64,000 nt of DNA from Planctomycetota bacterium. Its GTDB lineage: Bacteria > Planctomycetota > UBA1135 > UBA2386. The notes beneath the pieces are model-generated. The model was not told where the DNA came from. It saw nothing but the letters and a program-made list of their open reading frames with translations, and did no database searches. Both the position numbers and the translations under genes were made by a program. Location: assembly GCA_965228735.1 (NCBI GenBank), contig OZ245838.1:6464001-6528000 (forward strand). The letters are read 5' to 3'. Shown piece after piece: positions 8,154-17,407 of this stretch (position 1 is its first letter; each line of letters starts with the position of its first letter).

Positions 8154-10211
8154 ATGGAGTTCCGGTCTCTCGTTCCGTGCATCGTCGCGACCGCCGCGTT
8201 GGTCACGGCGTCGTTGTCGGCTCAGATCCCGCTCTCGGCGCAACGCAGCGACAACCTCTACGAGTTGTTCCCGAGCCGCGTGCACACGCTCGTCAAGGCG
8301 AGCTACGACCCGGACGATCGGGTCAACGCGGTGTCGCAGGGCAACGACGACGGCTTCAGCGGCCTCAACCTCTGCGAGGCCTATCGCTATGACGACAACG
8401 GCACGTCGGTCGCCGTGCTCGCGGACATCGAGGGGCGCGCTGGCGTCATGGGGCTGTTCTTCCGCAACTTCTGGAGCGACTCGTACGGGTTGCCGCGCTT
8501 CAAGTCGGAGAACAACCGCACGCGGTTCTGGCTCGACGACCAGGTCCGGCACGACCTGCCGTTGCTCGACTGCTTCCGCCCCGCGGGGCATCCCGAGGGC
8601 CAGGTCGCGCCGTTCGACGGGCCGTTCACGCTCGGTCGCGCCGGCGCGCACGTGACGAGCGCGCAGCTGCAGTGGGACCAACGGTTCCGGCTCGCGCTCG
8701 ACGACGACTCGTTCGACAACGCCGCGCGCTTCCATCGCGTCGCGGTGACCCTGGCGTCGCCCGAGGGCGACCTGCCGATGCCGGACAAGGCCGATTGGGA
8801 GCGCATCGCGAGCAACCCGGGGCAGTGGCCGCACAGCACTTCGCGGCGCCCGACCACCGTGGCGTTGCCGGTTGGACCGAACGGCGGCACCAACCACGTC
8901 GTGATCAACGGTCCCGGGACGATCCTCGAGCTCACGTTCGAGGTGCCGGAACACGGCGACTGGCGCGACCTCTGGGCGCGCGTCACGTTCGACAACGCGA
9001 CGACGCCGCACGTCGACATGCCGCTGCGCTACTTCGGCGGGATGATCGAGCCGCCGTACACGTATCCGGTGCACAGCCTGCTCATCGACAACGACGGCGG
9101 CACGCGGTGCACCTGCTGGTTCCCGATGCCGTTCCGGCAGAACGCGCGCATCGAGGTCGTCAATCGCGGCACCACCGCGGTGCCGGTGCAGTTCACCTAC
9201 GCCGACGTGCCGGGGCAGCCGCAGGGTGACTGGGGCTACTTCACCGCGTGGTTCCGGCGCGAGATCACGGGCACGGGCGAGCCGTTCGTCGGGCCGCGAC
9301 TGACGGACTGTCGCGGCACGTTGCGCTTCCTCATGCTCGAGGACTTCGCCGACACGAGCGGGCGCATTCCGGACATGAACATGTCACACCTCGAGGGTGA
9401 CCTCTGCATGCGGATCAACGGCACGCGCGGTGACGATCACACGTTCGCCGCGTCGGAGACGAGCATCGGGCGGTGGGGGTGGTACCTCACGCCCGCGGAC
9501 CAGTCGTTCACGACGGACCAGTCGTTCCAGTCGTCGCTGCGGGCGCGCTTCCTCACGCCGACCGTGATCGAGGGGCGGCGCATCCAGGGTTCGACGTTCA
9601 TCTTCGATCCCGTGCACTTCGTCGACGGCATCGAGATCGTGCTCGAGCACGGGCTACAGAACACGTCCAACGCGGACTACTCGCTCGTCGCGTTCTTCTA
9701 CCTGCAGGACGGCAGCGCGCGCCGGCAGATCGCCGAGATCGACATCGGCAACATGAGCCCGACCGATCCGCGCAGCGAGCCGAACAACGACGTGCGGTTC
9801 AACGCGTGGAGCACGTACGTGCAGAGCGGCAACTTCCTGCGCGACCAGTTCTACGGCACGCCGGGCGTCACCGACGACGTGCGGCACATCCGCGATTTCC
9901 TGCGCTTCCGGATCAGACGCCAGCGGGACAACCGCAATCCGTTGACGATCGGTCTGCGGCTCGATCGGCTCGGCGGGCCGAGCACGGGCGTCTGCCAGGC
10001 CGACGTGTTCGTCGACGGCGAGTACGCGGGGCTGATCCACTCGTTCACGCACAACGCCGTCTTCCCGTGGAAGGAGGGCGCGGAGTGCGAGGTCGGACTG
10101 CCGGTCGCGCTCACGGACGGCAAGGCCGGCATGGCGGTCGAACTGCGGCCCCGCGCCGGATCGGACCCGTTCAAGGTCGCGCGGATCTGGGTGTACGAAC
10201 ACACCAAGTGA
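8154..10211 (+). CDS. Secreted DUF2961 / glycoside hydrolase family 172-like protein
   Basis: Signal peptide ending SLSAQ; SYD...GNDDG, INGPG, WFPMPFRQNARIEVVN, LEGD, DPVHF..GI...LEHG...YSLVAFFY. Confidence 0.75.
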   Translation: MEFRSLVPCIVATAALVTASLSAQIPLSAQRSDNLYELFPSRVHTLVKASYDPDDRVNAVSQGNDDGFSGLNLCEAYRYDDNGTSVAVLADIEGRAGVMGLFFRNFWSDSYGLPRFKSENNRTRFWLDDQVRHDLPLLDCFRPAGHPEGQVAPFDGPFTLGRAGAHVTSAQLQWDQRFRLALDDDSFDNAARFHRVAVTLASPEGDLPMPDKADWERIASNPGQWPHSTSRRPTTVALPVGPNGGTNHVVINGPGTILELTFEVPEHGDWRDLWARVTFDNATTPHVDMPLRYFGGMIEPPYTYPVHSLLIDNDGGTRCTCWFPMPFRQNARIEVVNRGTTAVPVQFTYADVPGQPQGDWGYFTAWFRREITGTGEPFVGPRLTDCRGTLRFLMLEDFADTSGRIPDMNMSHLEGDLCMRINGTRGDDHTFAASETSIGRWGWYLTPADQSFTTDQSFQSSLRARFLTPTVIEGRRIQGSTFIFDPVHFVDGIEIVLEHGLQNTSNADYSLVAFFYLQDGSARRQIAEIDIGNMSPTDPRSEPNNDVRFNAWSTYVQSGNFLRDQFYGTPGVTDDVRHIRDFLRFRIRRQRDNRNPLTIGLRLDRLGGPSTGVCQADVFVDGEYAGLIHSFTHNAVFPWKEGAECEVGLPVALTDGKAGMAVELRPRAGSDPFKVARIWVYEHTK

Positions 10212-10276
10212 GCCCGCGGGCGGGCTGAAGCGGCGAGCAGGAAGTGACTTAGGAGAAACCAGAGCCATCCACTTGC

Positions 10277-10307
10277 CTAACTGTTCTAGTTCAGCTAGAA
10301 CAGTTAG
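10277..10307. promoter_or_regulatory. Putative YtrA-type operator (perfect 13-bp inverted repeat)
   Basis: CTAACTGTTCTAG-ttcag-CTAGAACAGTTAG, AT-rich, ending 4 nt before the GntR GTG start. Confidence 0.8.
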
Positions 10308-10311
10308 CACA

Positions 10312-10770
10312 GTGGTCGTCATCCGAATCGATCCCAGCTCGGCCGAGCCGCTCTTCGAGCAGGTCATCTTCGCCGTGAAGCAGGCCGTCGCGCGCGGCAC
10401 GGGCAAGGCCGGGGACAAGCTGCCGTCGGTCCGTGAGCTCGCGCGCGAGCTCGCGATCAACCCCAACACCGTCGTGCGCGCCTACGAGGTGCTCGAGCGC
10501 GACGGCGTCGTCGTGCGGCGGCAGGGGGCGGGGTGCTTCCTCACCGGGCGCGGCGCCGAGCGTCAGCTCGCGGCGAGCGAGCGGCGGCGGCAGCTCACCG
10601 ACCTGCTGCGCCGTGCCGCGACCGAGGCGTTCCACCTCGGCTTCACTGCCGCGGAGGTCCAGGACGCGCTCGAGCGCAGTCTCGCCGAGCTCGAGTTCGG
10701 CGGCGATGGCGCGGCGAAGGGCCGGGGCAATGGCGACTCGAACGGCAAACAACGCAAGCGGAACAACTGA
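10312..10770 (+). CDS. GntR family regulator, YtrA subfamily
   Basis: PLFEQV...GDKLPSVRELARELAINPNTVVRAYEVLERDG...GAGCF; short C-terminus; precedes an ABC ATPase. Confidence 0.92.
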   Translation: MVVIRIDPSSAEPLFEQVIFAVKQAVARGTGKAGDKLPSVRELARELAINPNTVVRAYEVLERDGVVVRRQGAGCFLTGRGAERQLAASERRRQLTDLLRRAATEAFHLGFTAAEVQDALERSLAELEFGGDGAAKGRGNGDSNGKQRKRNN

Positions 10771-11726
10771 TGAACGTGAACCATCCAGTCGAGTTCGACG
10801 ACGTGCAGCGCTGGTTCGGCAACCGCGCCGTGTTGCGCGGGCTGTCGTTCCGGGTCGAGCCGGGCACCGTCTACGCGCTGCTCGGGCGCAACGGCTCGGG
10901 CAAGACTACGGCGCTCCGGATCCTGCTCGGGTTCCTGCGGCCGCACCATGGCCGGGCCGTCCTGCTCGGTGAGGACACGACGAGCCTGCGGGCCGCGACC
11001 CGCGGTCGCGTCGGCTACGTCAGCGAGGACCATCGGCTCTACCCGACGATGACCGTGCGGCAGGCCGTCGAGTTCGAATCCGGCACGCGGCCGACCTTCC
11101 GGCGCGACTTCGCGCTGCAGGCGATCGACCGCTGCGGGCTCTCGCGCAAGCAGCCGATCCCGCTGCTCTCCCGTGGTCAGCGCGCGCAGCTCTGCATCAT
11201 CCTCGCGGTCGCGGGCGACCCCGAGGTGCTGGTCTGTGACGATCCGGCGCTCGGCCTCGACGTCGTCATGCGGCGCGAGCTGCTCGATGTGCTCATCGAT
11301 CTGCTCAGCGACAGCGGCGCGACCGTGCTGTTCAGCTCGCACTTCCTCAACGACGTGGAGCGCATCGCGGATCGCGTCGGCATCCTGCACGACGGGGCGT
11401 TGCTCGTCGATGCGGGCATGGAGGACCTCAAGCGGCGCGTGCGTCGCGTCGCGTTCGTTCCGAACGGTGATGCCCCGAGCACCGAGGCCCCGATTCCGAA
11501 CGGCGACGACGTGCTGCGGGTCCGCCCGCGGCGGCACGGCGTCGACGTGCTGCTGCTCGATGCCGGACCGGACCGCCTGCGCGAGCTCGCGCAGCACGGC
11601 GAGGTGTCGGAGCCCGAAGCGCTGTCGCTCGAAGACCTGTTCGTCGAGATCGTCGGGCCGGATCAGGGCATCCTGTCGGCGGCGAGCGACGTCGAAGCGG
11701 AGCAGCGCGAGGAGGTGGCGTCGTGA
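10770..11726 (+). CDS. ABC transporter ATP-binding protein (YtrB-like)
   Basis: Walker A GRNGSGKT, signature LSRGQ, Walker B VCDDP, SSH switch. Confidence 0.92.
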   Translation: MNVNHPVEFDDVQRWFGNRAVLRGLSFRVEPGTVYALLGRNGSGKTTALRILLGFLRPHHGRAVLLGEDTTSLRAATRGRVGYVSEDHRLYPTMTVRQAVEFESGTRPTFRRDFALQAIDRCGLSRKQPIPLLSRGQRAQLCIILAVAGDPEVLVCDDPALGLDVVMRRELLDVLIDLLSDSGATVLFSSHFLNDVERIADRVGILHDGALLVDAGMEDLKRRVRRVAFVPNGDAPSTEAPIPNGDDVLRVRPRRHGVDVLLLDAGPDRLRELAQHGEVSEPEALSLEDLFVEIVGPDQGILSAASDVEAEQREEVAS

Positions 11727-13612
11727 ACGGTGCTGACATGGGTCGTGCGCTCCGCAAGAAGGACGCGCCGTGGTTGCTGTTGTTCTCGTTCGGTGGCGCG
11801 ATCGCGCTGCTGACGACGTTCGGTGACAGTGGCTTCTTCAACTCGCTCGTGATGCCGCCTGGTCGGAGCGAGAGCGAGTTCCATGCGGCGTGGATCTGCG
11901 GGCTGGCGCTCGGCGTCACCGTCGCGTCGTTCGACGTCGGGGTCCTCATGGGGGATCACCTGCGGCAACGACCGATCTCCGCGGAGCAGCTGTTCTGGCA
12001 TCGGGTGCAGTCGATGGCACGGGTGCTCGCCGTCTGGTTCGTTGGCGTGCCGATCGCGGCCTGGATCTGGATGGCGACGTTCGAGGGCGCGTATGCCCCC
12101 GATCCGTTCGCGCTCGCCCAGTACTGGATTGCCGTACTGCCGGCCGGGTCGGCCGCGGCGATTGGGTTCGCGGCGCTGTCGTTGCCGCTCGTCTGGTGGC
12201 TGCGGCTCGTCGTCGGCGCCGCGGCGTTCTTCATCGCGTTCTCGGTCGACTACGAGGTCACGATGCTCGCCCACTCGCGGGAGGCCGCATTCCAGGGCGG
12301 CTCCATGCTCGTGCACGTCGTGCTCCACGTGCTGTACACGGTCCTCGCGATTGCCGCGGCGCGCGCCGTCCGTGGCGGTTCGTTCGATCCCGACTTCGCG
12401 CCGCCCGCCGGCCTGCGGTCACTCGGCGGCTTGTTCGGTGTCCTCGCGCTCGCCGCGGTCGGTCAGTTCTGCGTCCTGCAGGCCGAGGTCGCGGCTGCTC
12501 GCGAACTGCGATCGGCGTACCCGCGCGTCGTGTTGCACGACGGTGCCGTGAAACTGGTGGATCCCGAATGGGGCTGGCGCGAACGTCGCCGGCGTTTCGT
12601 CGACCGTGAGCATGCCCTGACGGGTGAGGATGCGCCGCGGGACGAGATCGCCGATTTCAGCAGCCGTCAGACACCGCCGAGTGGCGTCGCGCAGCTCGGC
12701 TTCGACGCGCCGATCTGGCATCGCTACCCGTCCGACGCTGGATTCGGCGATCTGCGGCTCTACCTCGACCACCGCGGTCACGGGTGGCTGCGTGACGATC
12801 GCGGCCGCGCGGCGCTCGAGCCGATCGGCAAGGGCGACGACGGGACGCCATTCATCCCCGGGTCGCGACTTCATCAGGACTGGTCATCGAGCAGAACCTG
12901 CTTCGTGCACGAACCGGGTAGCGGGCGCGTGTACTTGTTCGACCCCGACAACCGCCGGTTCCGCGTGCTGGCGCTGCCAAAGCAAGAGGCCGTGGAGCGC
13001 GTCGGCTATACGGACCTGCCGCTCGGTCTGCTCGCGAGCGAGACGCGGCGGCAGTCGCGAGTCGTCCTGCGTTGCGAGTCCGCGTCCTATGTCTTCCACG
13101 GCGACGAACTCGTCGAGCTGCCGGAGCAACCGACGGAGCAGCCGCGACACGATCGCGCGCCGATCGCCTGGAGTGGCGGCCCGGTCATCCTCCACATCGA
13201 GCTGGAGGCACGCGATAGCCACCCGGCGTTCGAGCACACGTATCGACCGCACACGCTGACGGAGTACGCGCTCGCGGCGCTCGTCGGCGCGCTCGCCAGC
13301 GTGCAGTCGCCGTTCTACGTGGCGTGGTTCCACTCGACGGCATTCGAGTCGCCGAACACCTGGATCTACGTCGCGCTCGCGCTCGCGGTTGCGATCCTCA
13401 GCGGTGGTGTCGTGGGCCGTCGCCTGCGCCGCCTCGGTGCGCCGCCGCGCGTCCGCCAATACTGGCTCTGGCTCACCGTCATCCTCGGTCCGATCGCGCT
13501 GCTGCTGAGCATCTTGTTCGAGCGGCCGCGCGCCTATCGCGATCGCCCGCGCTTCGATGCCGTGCGACCGCGCGTGTTCACCCAACCGGAACTTCAGGAG
13601 AAGGCATCATGA
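11723..13612 (+). CDS. Multi-pass membrane protein, putative ABC permease with large extracytoplasmic domain
   Basis: About 7 N-terminal TM segments with an LRQRPIS loop, a soluble stretch of about 250 aa, and 2-3 C-terminal TM segments. GTGA-coupled to the ATPase. Confidence 0.7.
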   Translation: MNGADMGRALRKKDAPWLLLFSFGGAIALLTTFGDSGFFNSLVMPPGRSESEFHAAWICGLALGVTVASFDVGVLMGDHLRQRPISAEQLFWHRVQSMARVLAVWFVGVPIAAWIWMATFEGAYAPDPFALAQYWIAVLPAGSAAAIGFAALSLPLVWWLRLVVGAAAFFIAFSVDYEVTMLAHSREAAFQGGSMLVHVVLHVLYTVLAIAAARAVRGGSFDPDFAPPAGLRSLGGLFGVLALAAVGQFCVLQAEVAAARELRSAYPRVVLHDGAVKLVDPEWGWRERRRRFVDREHALTGEDAPRDEIADFSSRQTPPSGVAQLGFDAPIWHRYPSDAGFGDLRLYLDHRGHGWLRDDRGRAALEPIGKGDDGTPFIPGSRLHQDWSSSRTCFVHEPGSGRVYLFDPDNRRFRVLALPKQEAVERVGYTDLPLGLLASETRRQSRVVLRCESASYVFHGDELVELPEQPTEQPRHDRAPIAWSGGPVILHIELEARDSHPAFEHTYRPHTLTEYALAALVGALASVQSPFYVAWFHSTAFESPNTWIYVALALAVAILSGGVVGRRLRRLGAPPRVRQYWLWLTVILGPIALLLSILFERPRAYRDRPRFDAVRPRVFTQPELQEKAS

Positions 13613-15423
13613 GACCCTACGTCTTCGGACTCTCGGCCGCGTGCGCGATGATCGTCGCGTCGGCGGCGTTCTCGCAGGACCTCGCCGACGGCCCGTCGCT
13701 GTCGCCGTTCAAGGACATCCGGCCCGTCGACGGCGGCCTCGAGGTGCAGATCCACGACACCACGTGGTACGCGCTCCTCAAGATCGAGAACGTCGAGACC
13801 GCGAAGCTGTTGACCGAGAGCAAGCGGCTCTGCGGTGGGCGGTGGTGGAAGCGCGTGTGCGAGGACCTGCCCGCGCTGCTGCACACGATCGACGAGGACC
13901 CGGGCCGCGAGGTCGACCTCGTCGTGCGCGATCTCGCGACGGGCGAACGCAAGACGTTCGAAGGCGTCGCGATGACGCACGACAAACGCCAGGCACTGCT
14001 CCACCGCTACCGCGGACGGCTGCCGCGGGCGGGCGCCGAGGCCGCGGATGCCGCGGCCCGCATCCCGGTCTCGGCGGCCGACGTGCGCTCGGACCTCGAG
14101 GCGCTCGAACGGCTGCTGCGCGAGCGGTATTCGTACTTCGACCTGCGCGGCGTGAAGCTCACGACGATGCTGCGGCAGGCGCGCAAGAACCTGAAGGGCG
14201 ACCGCGTCGATCTCCTCACGTTCGCGCGCGAGATCGATCGCATCATGAACGCGTTCGGCGACGGCCACTCCGGCCTGCGCGGCGGCCTGCCGCCCGAACA
14301 GCCGGGCTACCTGCCGTTCCTCGTGCAGCAGGTCGACGGTGGGGTTGCCGCGTTCTTGTCCGACCGTTCGGGGCTCGTCGACGCGGAGCACCCGTTCGTC
14401 ACCGCGATCGACGGCGTGAAGATCGAGCGCTGGCTCGCGGCCGCGGCTGCGCGGGGCCGGCAGGGCTCGGAGATGATGCGGTACCGCGAGTCCGAGCGCG
14501 GGCTGCGAACGATCGGCGTGTTGCGGCGAGATCTGGAGCTGCCCGCGGGCGACACGCTCGACGTCGAACTGCGCGGCAAGGGCGGCACGACGAGCAAGAC
14601 GATGCGCCTGTCCCAACGCAAGCCGATCTACGGCAGCTGGCCGCGCGCGGAGCTGCGGGCCAAGACGATCGAGCGCGACGGCCGGTCCATCGGCTACCTG
14701 CGCATCGGCTCGATGATGTCGGACGAGCAACAGCTCAGCGAGATCGAGGGCGCGATGCGGTCGTTCTCCGCGACCGATGGCCTGGTCATCGACGTGCGCG
14801 GCAACGGTGGCGGTTCGCGCCAGGCGCTCCGCATCCTGTTGCCGTATCTGCTGGCGCCCGACGCCGACCCCGTCGTCACCAACGTCGGCGCGCTGCGACT
14901 GCCGCCGGGCGAAGCGCCGCGCGGCGAGCTCCTGAGCGATCGCGGCCTGCACCCGATCGACTGGGACGGCTACGACGACGCCGAGCGCTCTGCGATCGCC
15001 GACTTCCTCAAGACGTTCAAGCCGTCGTGGCGTCTGCCGCGCGGCAAGTTCTCGCCGCTGCACTTCCTCGTGCAGCGTCACGCCGACAACGAGAACGCCT
15101 ACCACTACGACCAGAAGGTGTGCGTGCTCATCGATCGCGGCTGCTACTCCGCGACCGACATCTTCGCCGCTGCGTTCGGCGTCCTGCCGCAGGTCACGCT
15201 CGTCGGCGAAACGACGATGGGCGGCAGCGGTCGGGCGCGCACGTATCAGCTGCCCGCGAGCGGGCTGCGCCTCAAGCTGTCGAGCATGGCGTCGTTCCAG
15301 CCGAACGGCACGCTGTTCGAGCACTCGGGCGTCGTTCCCGACGTCGCGGTCGAGGCGCAGGCGAGCGACCTGATCGGCGAGACCGACACGGTCCTCGACC
15401 GCGCGATCGATCTGCTACGGTAG
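13609..15423 (+). CDS. Secreted S41 family peptidase
   Basis: Signal peptide (AFSQ); DGHS, IGYLRI, LVIDVRGNGGG, CYSATDIFA, VGETTMGGSG, GVVPDV. Confidence 0.88.
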   Translation: MRPYVFGLSAACAMIVASAAFSQDLADGPSLSPFKDIRPVDGGLEVQIHDTTWYALLKIENVETAKLLTESKRLCGGRWWKRVCEDLPALLHTIDEDPGREVDLVVRDLATGERKTFEGVAMTHDKRQALLHRYRGRLPRAGAEAADAAARIPVSAADVRSDLEALERLLRERYSYFDLRGVKLTTMLRQARKNLKGDRVDLLTFAREIDRIMNAFGDGHSGLRGGLPPEQPGYLPFLVQQVDGGVAAFLSDRSGLVDAEHPFVTAIDGVKIERWLAAAAARGRQGSEMMRYRESERGLRTIGVLRRDLELPAGDTLDVELRGKGGTTSKTMRLSQRKPIYGSWPRAELRAKTIERDGRSIGYLRIGSMMSDEQQLSEIEGAMRSFSATDGLVIDVRGNGGGSRQALRILLPYLLAPDADPVVTNVGALRLPPGEAPRGELLSDRGLHPIDWDGYDDAERSAIADFLKTFKPSWRLPRGKFSPLHFLVQRHADNENAYHYDQKVCVLIDRGCYSATDIFAAAFGVLPQVTLVGETTMGGSGRARTYQLPASGLRLKLSSMASFQPNGTLFEHSGVVPDVAVEAQASDLIGETDTVLDRAIDLLR

Positions 15424-15427
15424 GCGG

Positions 15428-16765
15428 ATGCTCGCCGCGCTGCTGCTCGCCGTTGCCGCCGTTCCCCTGCCGCAAGGTGACAGCCAGCAGCCGGCGAGCG
15501 GCGCCACGGACCTGCAGGGGGATCTGCAGGGGAATCTGCAGGCCGGCCTCGCGCGGCTCGTCGATGCGTCGAGCGCACGCTCGCGGCGCCTCGTCGTCGA
15601 GCAGCTGGCGGAGAAGGGGCACGCGCTTGACGAATGGCTCGCGGCGTGCCGCGCGTTCGGCGGGTTCGACGGTCTCGACGCCGGGCAGAACCGACAGGTC
15701 GTCGAGCTGCTCGTCGACGGCAACGTGCAGGAGACCGAGGTCTTCCTCTGGGTGCCGAAGAGCTACGACCCGAAGGTCCCGGCACCGCTGCTGTTCTGGG
15801 GTCACGGCGCGGGCGGCACGGGCGCGCGTCAGTTCCGGCAGTGGGAGGCGCTCGCCGAAGAGCTCGGCATGCTGATCCTCGCGCCGACCGAGGGCGGCGG
15901 CCGCTCCGGCTGGGGCTTCACCGGCCGCGAACGGGAGGCGCAGCTGCAGGCGCTGCGCTGGGCGCGGCGGCGCTGCAACGTCGACGAGAACGAGATCTTC
16001 GTCGGCGGCCATTCGCGCGGTGGCCACATGACGTGGGATCTGACGCTGCGATTCCCCGACCTCTGGGCGGGCGCGATCCCGTGCATCGGCGGGCCGCGCA
16101 TGGCGCTCGGCGAACACAACAACCTGCGCTACTGGGGCAACGTGCTGCACCTGCCGATCCGGTGCCTGCAGGGCAGCAAGGACGATCCGCGGCTCTTGCT
16201 CAACCTGCGGCTGCTGTTCGAGGTGCTCGGCAAGCACAAGGCAAAGGACGCGGTGTTTCGCGAGTTTCCCGAGCTCGGGCACTCCTACGAGCTCAGCGGC
16301 GTCGACTGGCGCGCGTTCTTCGCGCTGCGCCGCGATCCGCTGCGGGAGCGCGTGCGCCGCATAGCCGCCGAGCCGGCCGAGACGCGCGCTGACTGGGTGC
16401 GGATCATCGGCTTCGAACGCAACGTGGCGGTCACTGTTTCGCCGCGCGTGAGCGCCGCGGCGTGGGAACGCCTCGACGAGTATGGCCAGCGCCGGCTGCT
16501 CCTCGATCGCCTCGGTCGCCACAACGCCGAACTCGCGGTCCGGCACAAGGGCAAGGGGCGGTTCACGGCGGAGAGCGCCGGGGTCGCGGCGTTCGAGCTG
16601 TTGTTGCCGGCAACGATGTTCGGCAAGAAGAACGCGGTGGAGGTGCGGTGGAACCGCAAGACCCACCGCTTCACCGCCGAGCCGTCGGTCGAGGTGCTGC
16701 TCACCGACTTCGGCGAACGCTTCGACCGGACGTTCCTGCCGGTCGCGCGCATCGAAGTGCGGTGA
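15428..16765 (+). CDS. Secreted alpha/beta hydrolase (esterase/peptidase-like)
   Basis: Signal peptide; VPKSYDP..PAPLLFWGHGAGG, GHSRGG nucleophile elbow, QGSKDD, LGH. Confidence 0.8.
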   Translation: MLAALLLAVAAVPLPQGDSQQPASGATDLQGDLQGNLQAGLARLVDASSARSRRLVVEQLAEKGHALDEWLAACRAFGGFDGLDAGQNRQVVELLVDGNVQETEVFLWVPKSYDPKVPAPLLFWGHGAGGTGARQFRQWEALAEELGMLILAPTEGGGRSGWGFTGREREAQLQALRWARRRCNVDENEIFVGGHSRGGHMTWDLTLRFPDLWAGAIPCIGGPRMALGEHNNLRYWGNVLHLPIRCLQGSKDDPRLLLNLRLLFEVLGKHKAKDAVFREFPELGHSYELSGVDWRAFFALRRDPLRERVRRIAAEPAETRADWVRIIGFERNVAVTVSPRVSAAAWERLDEYGQRRLLLDRLGRHNAELAVRHKGKGRFTAESAGVAAFELLLPATMFGKKNAVEVRWNRKTHRFTAEPSVEVLLTDFGERFDRTFLPVARIEVR

Positions 16766-16774
16766 CCTGGCCGC

Positions 16775-16960
16775 TCACTCGCGGGCAGCCCGCGGTCGCG
16801 CGATCAACGACAGCACGGCGACGAACAGCGCCGAGCCGACGACCGACCACACGAGCGGGAACGACACGTCGTCGAACTGCAGCACGAAGAGCTCGGGCAG
16901 GCCGAGCGCGCCGCACACGGCCGCGATCACGAGCATGACGAGGAACTCGAGGAGGCTCAC
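16775..16960 (-). CDS. Small membrane protein, GlsB/YeaQ/YmgE-like (apparently shortened)
   Basis: LLEFLVMLVIAAVCGALG-LPELF...FPLVWSVVGSALFVAVLSLI; GTGA-coupled to the upstream gene. Confidence 0.6.
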   Translation of the reverse strand: MSLLEFLVMLVIAAVCGALGLPELFVLQFDDVSFPLVWSVVGSALFVAVLSLIARPRAARE

Positions 16961-17163
16961 GCCGACCTACCTCCGCGCACGAGACCGCCGAGGCCGACGA
17001 TCGTCAGCAGGGCGCCGCCGATGATCAGCCAGAGGGAGCGGTCGGTCGGCGTGCCTTGGAACGTCTCGGAAACTTCGGAGGCGAACGACTCCGAGGCGTT
17101 GAAGCCGAAGACGAGGAGGACGACGCCCGTGACGAGGACGGCCAGGAACAGGAGGCGTTTCAT
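16957..17163 (-). CDS. DUF3185 family small membrane protein
   Basis: GVVLLVFGFNASESFASEVSETFQGTPTDRSLWLIIGG pattern. Confidence 0.8.
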   Translation of the reverse strand: MKRLLFLAVLVTGVVLLVFGFNASESFASEVSETFQGTPTDRSLWLIIGGALLTIVGLGGLVRGGRSA

Positions 17164-17209
17164 GTGCGATGGGTTTGCAGGGACGAGTCGAACAGGTCGG
17201 TGAGGCGGT

Positions 17210-17380
17210 CTACGCCGGGGAGGTGGCGCGGCGCCCGAAGATAAGGCTCACCACGAGCAGAACGAGGAACACGTAGAACAGGACCTGCGCGATGCTCGCG
17301 GCGCCGGCGGCGAGGTTCGTGAAGCCGAAGACGCCGGAGATGAGCGCGAGCACGAGAAACATGAGGATCCACTTGAGCAT
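17210..17380 (-). CDS. DUF1328 (UPF0391/YtjA-like) small membrane protein
   Basis: MLKWILMFLVLALISGVFGFTNLAAGAASIAQVLFYVFLVL. Confidence 0.9.
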   Translation of the reverse strand: MLKWILMFLVLALISGVFGFTNLAAGAASIAQVLFYVFLVLLVVSLIFGRRATSPA

Positions 17381-17391
17381 GACGGGGAAGG

Positions 17392-17407
17392 AGCAAGCGG
17401 CGTGCCG
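17392..17407 (-). promoter_or_regulatory. Putative sigma54 (-24/-12) promoter
   Basis: Minus strand reads CGGCACGCCGCTTGCT, i.e. GG-N10-GC with GGCAC and TTGC, 11 nt upstream of the DUF1328 ATG. Confidence 0.6.

Noticed and set aside
15509..15542. 12-bp repeat x3 (DLQG)
   Set aside because: Small in-frame slippage in a post-signal linker; no evidence of function.
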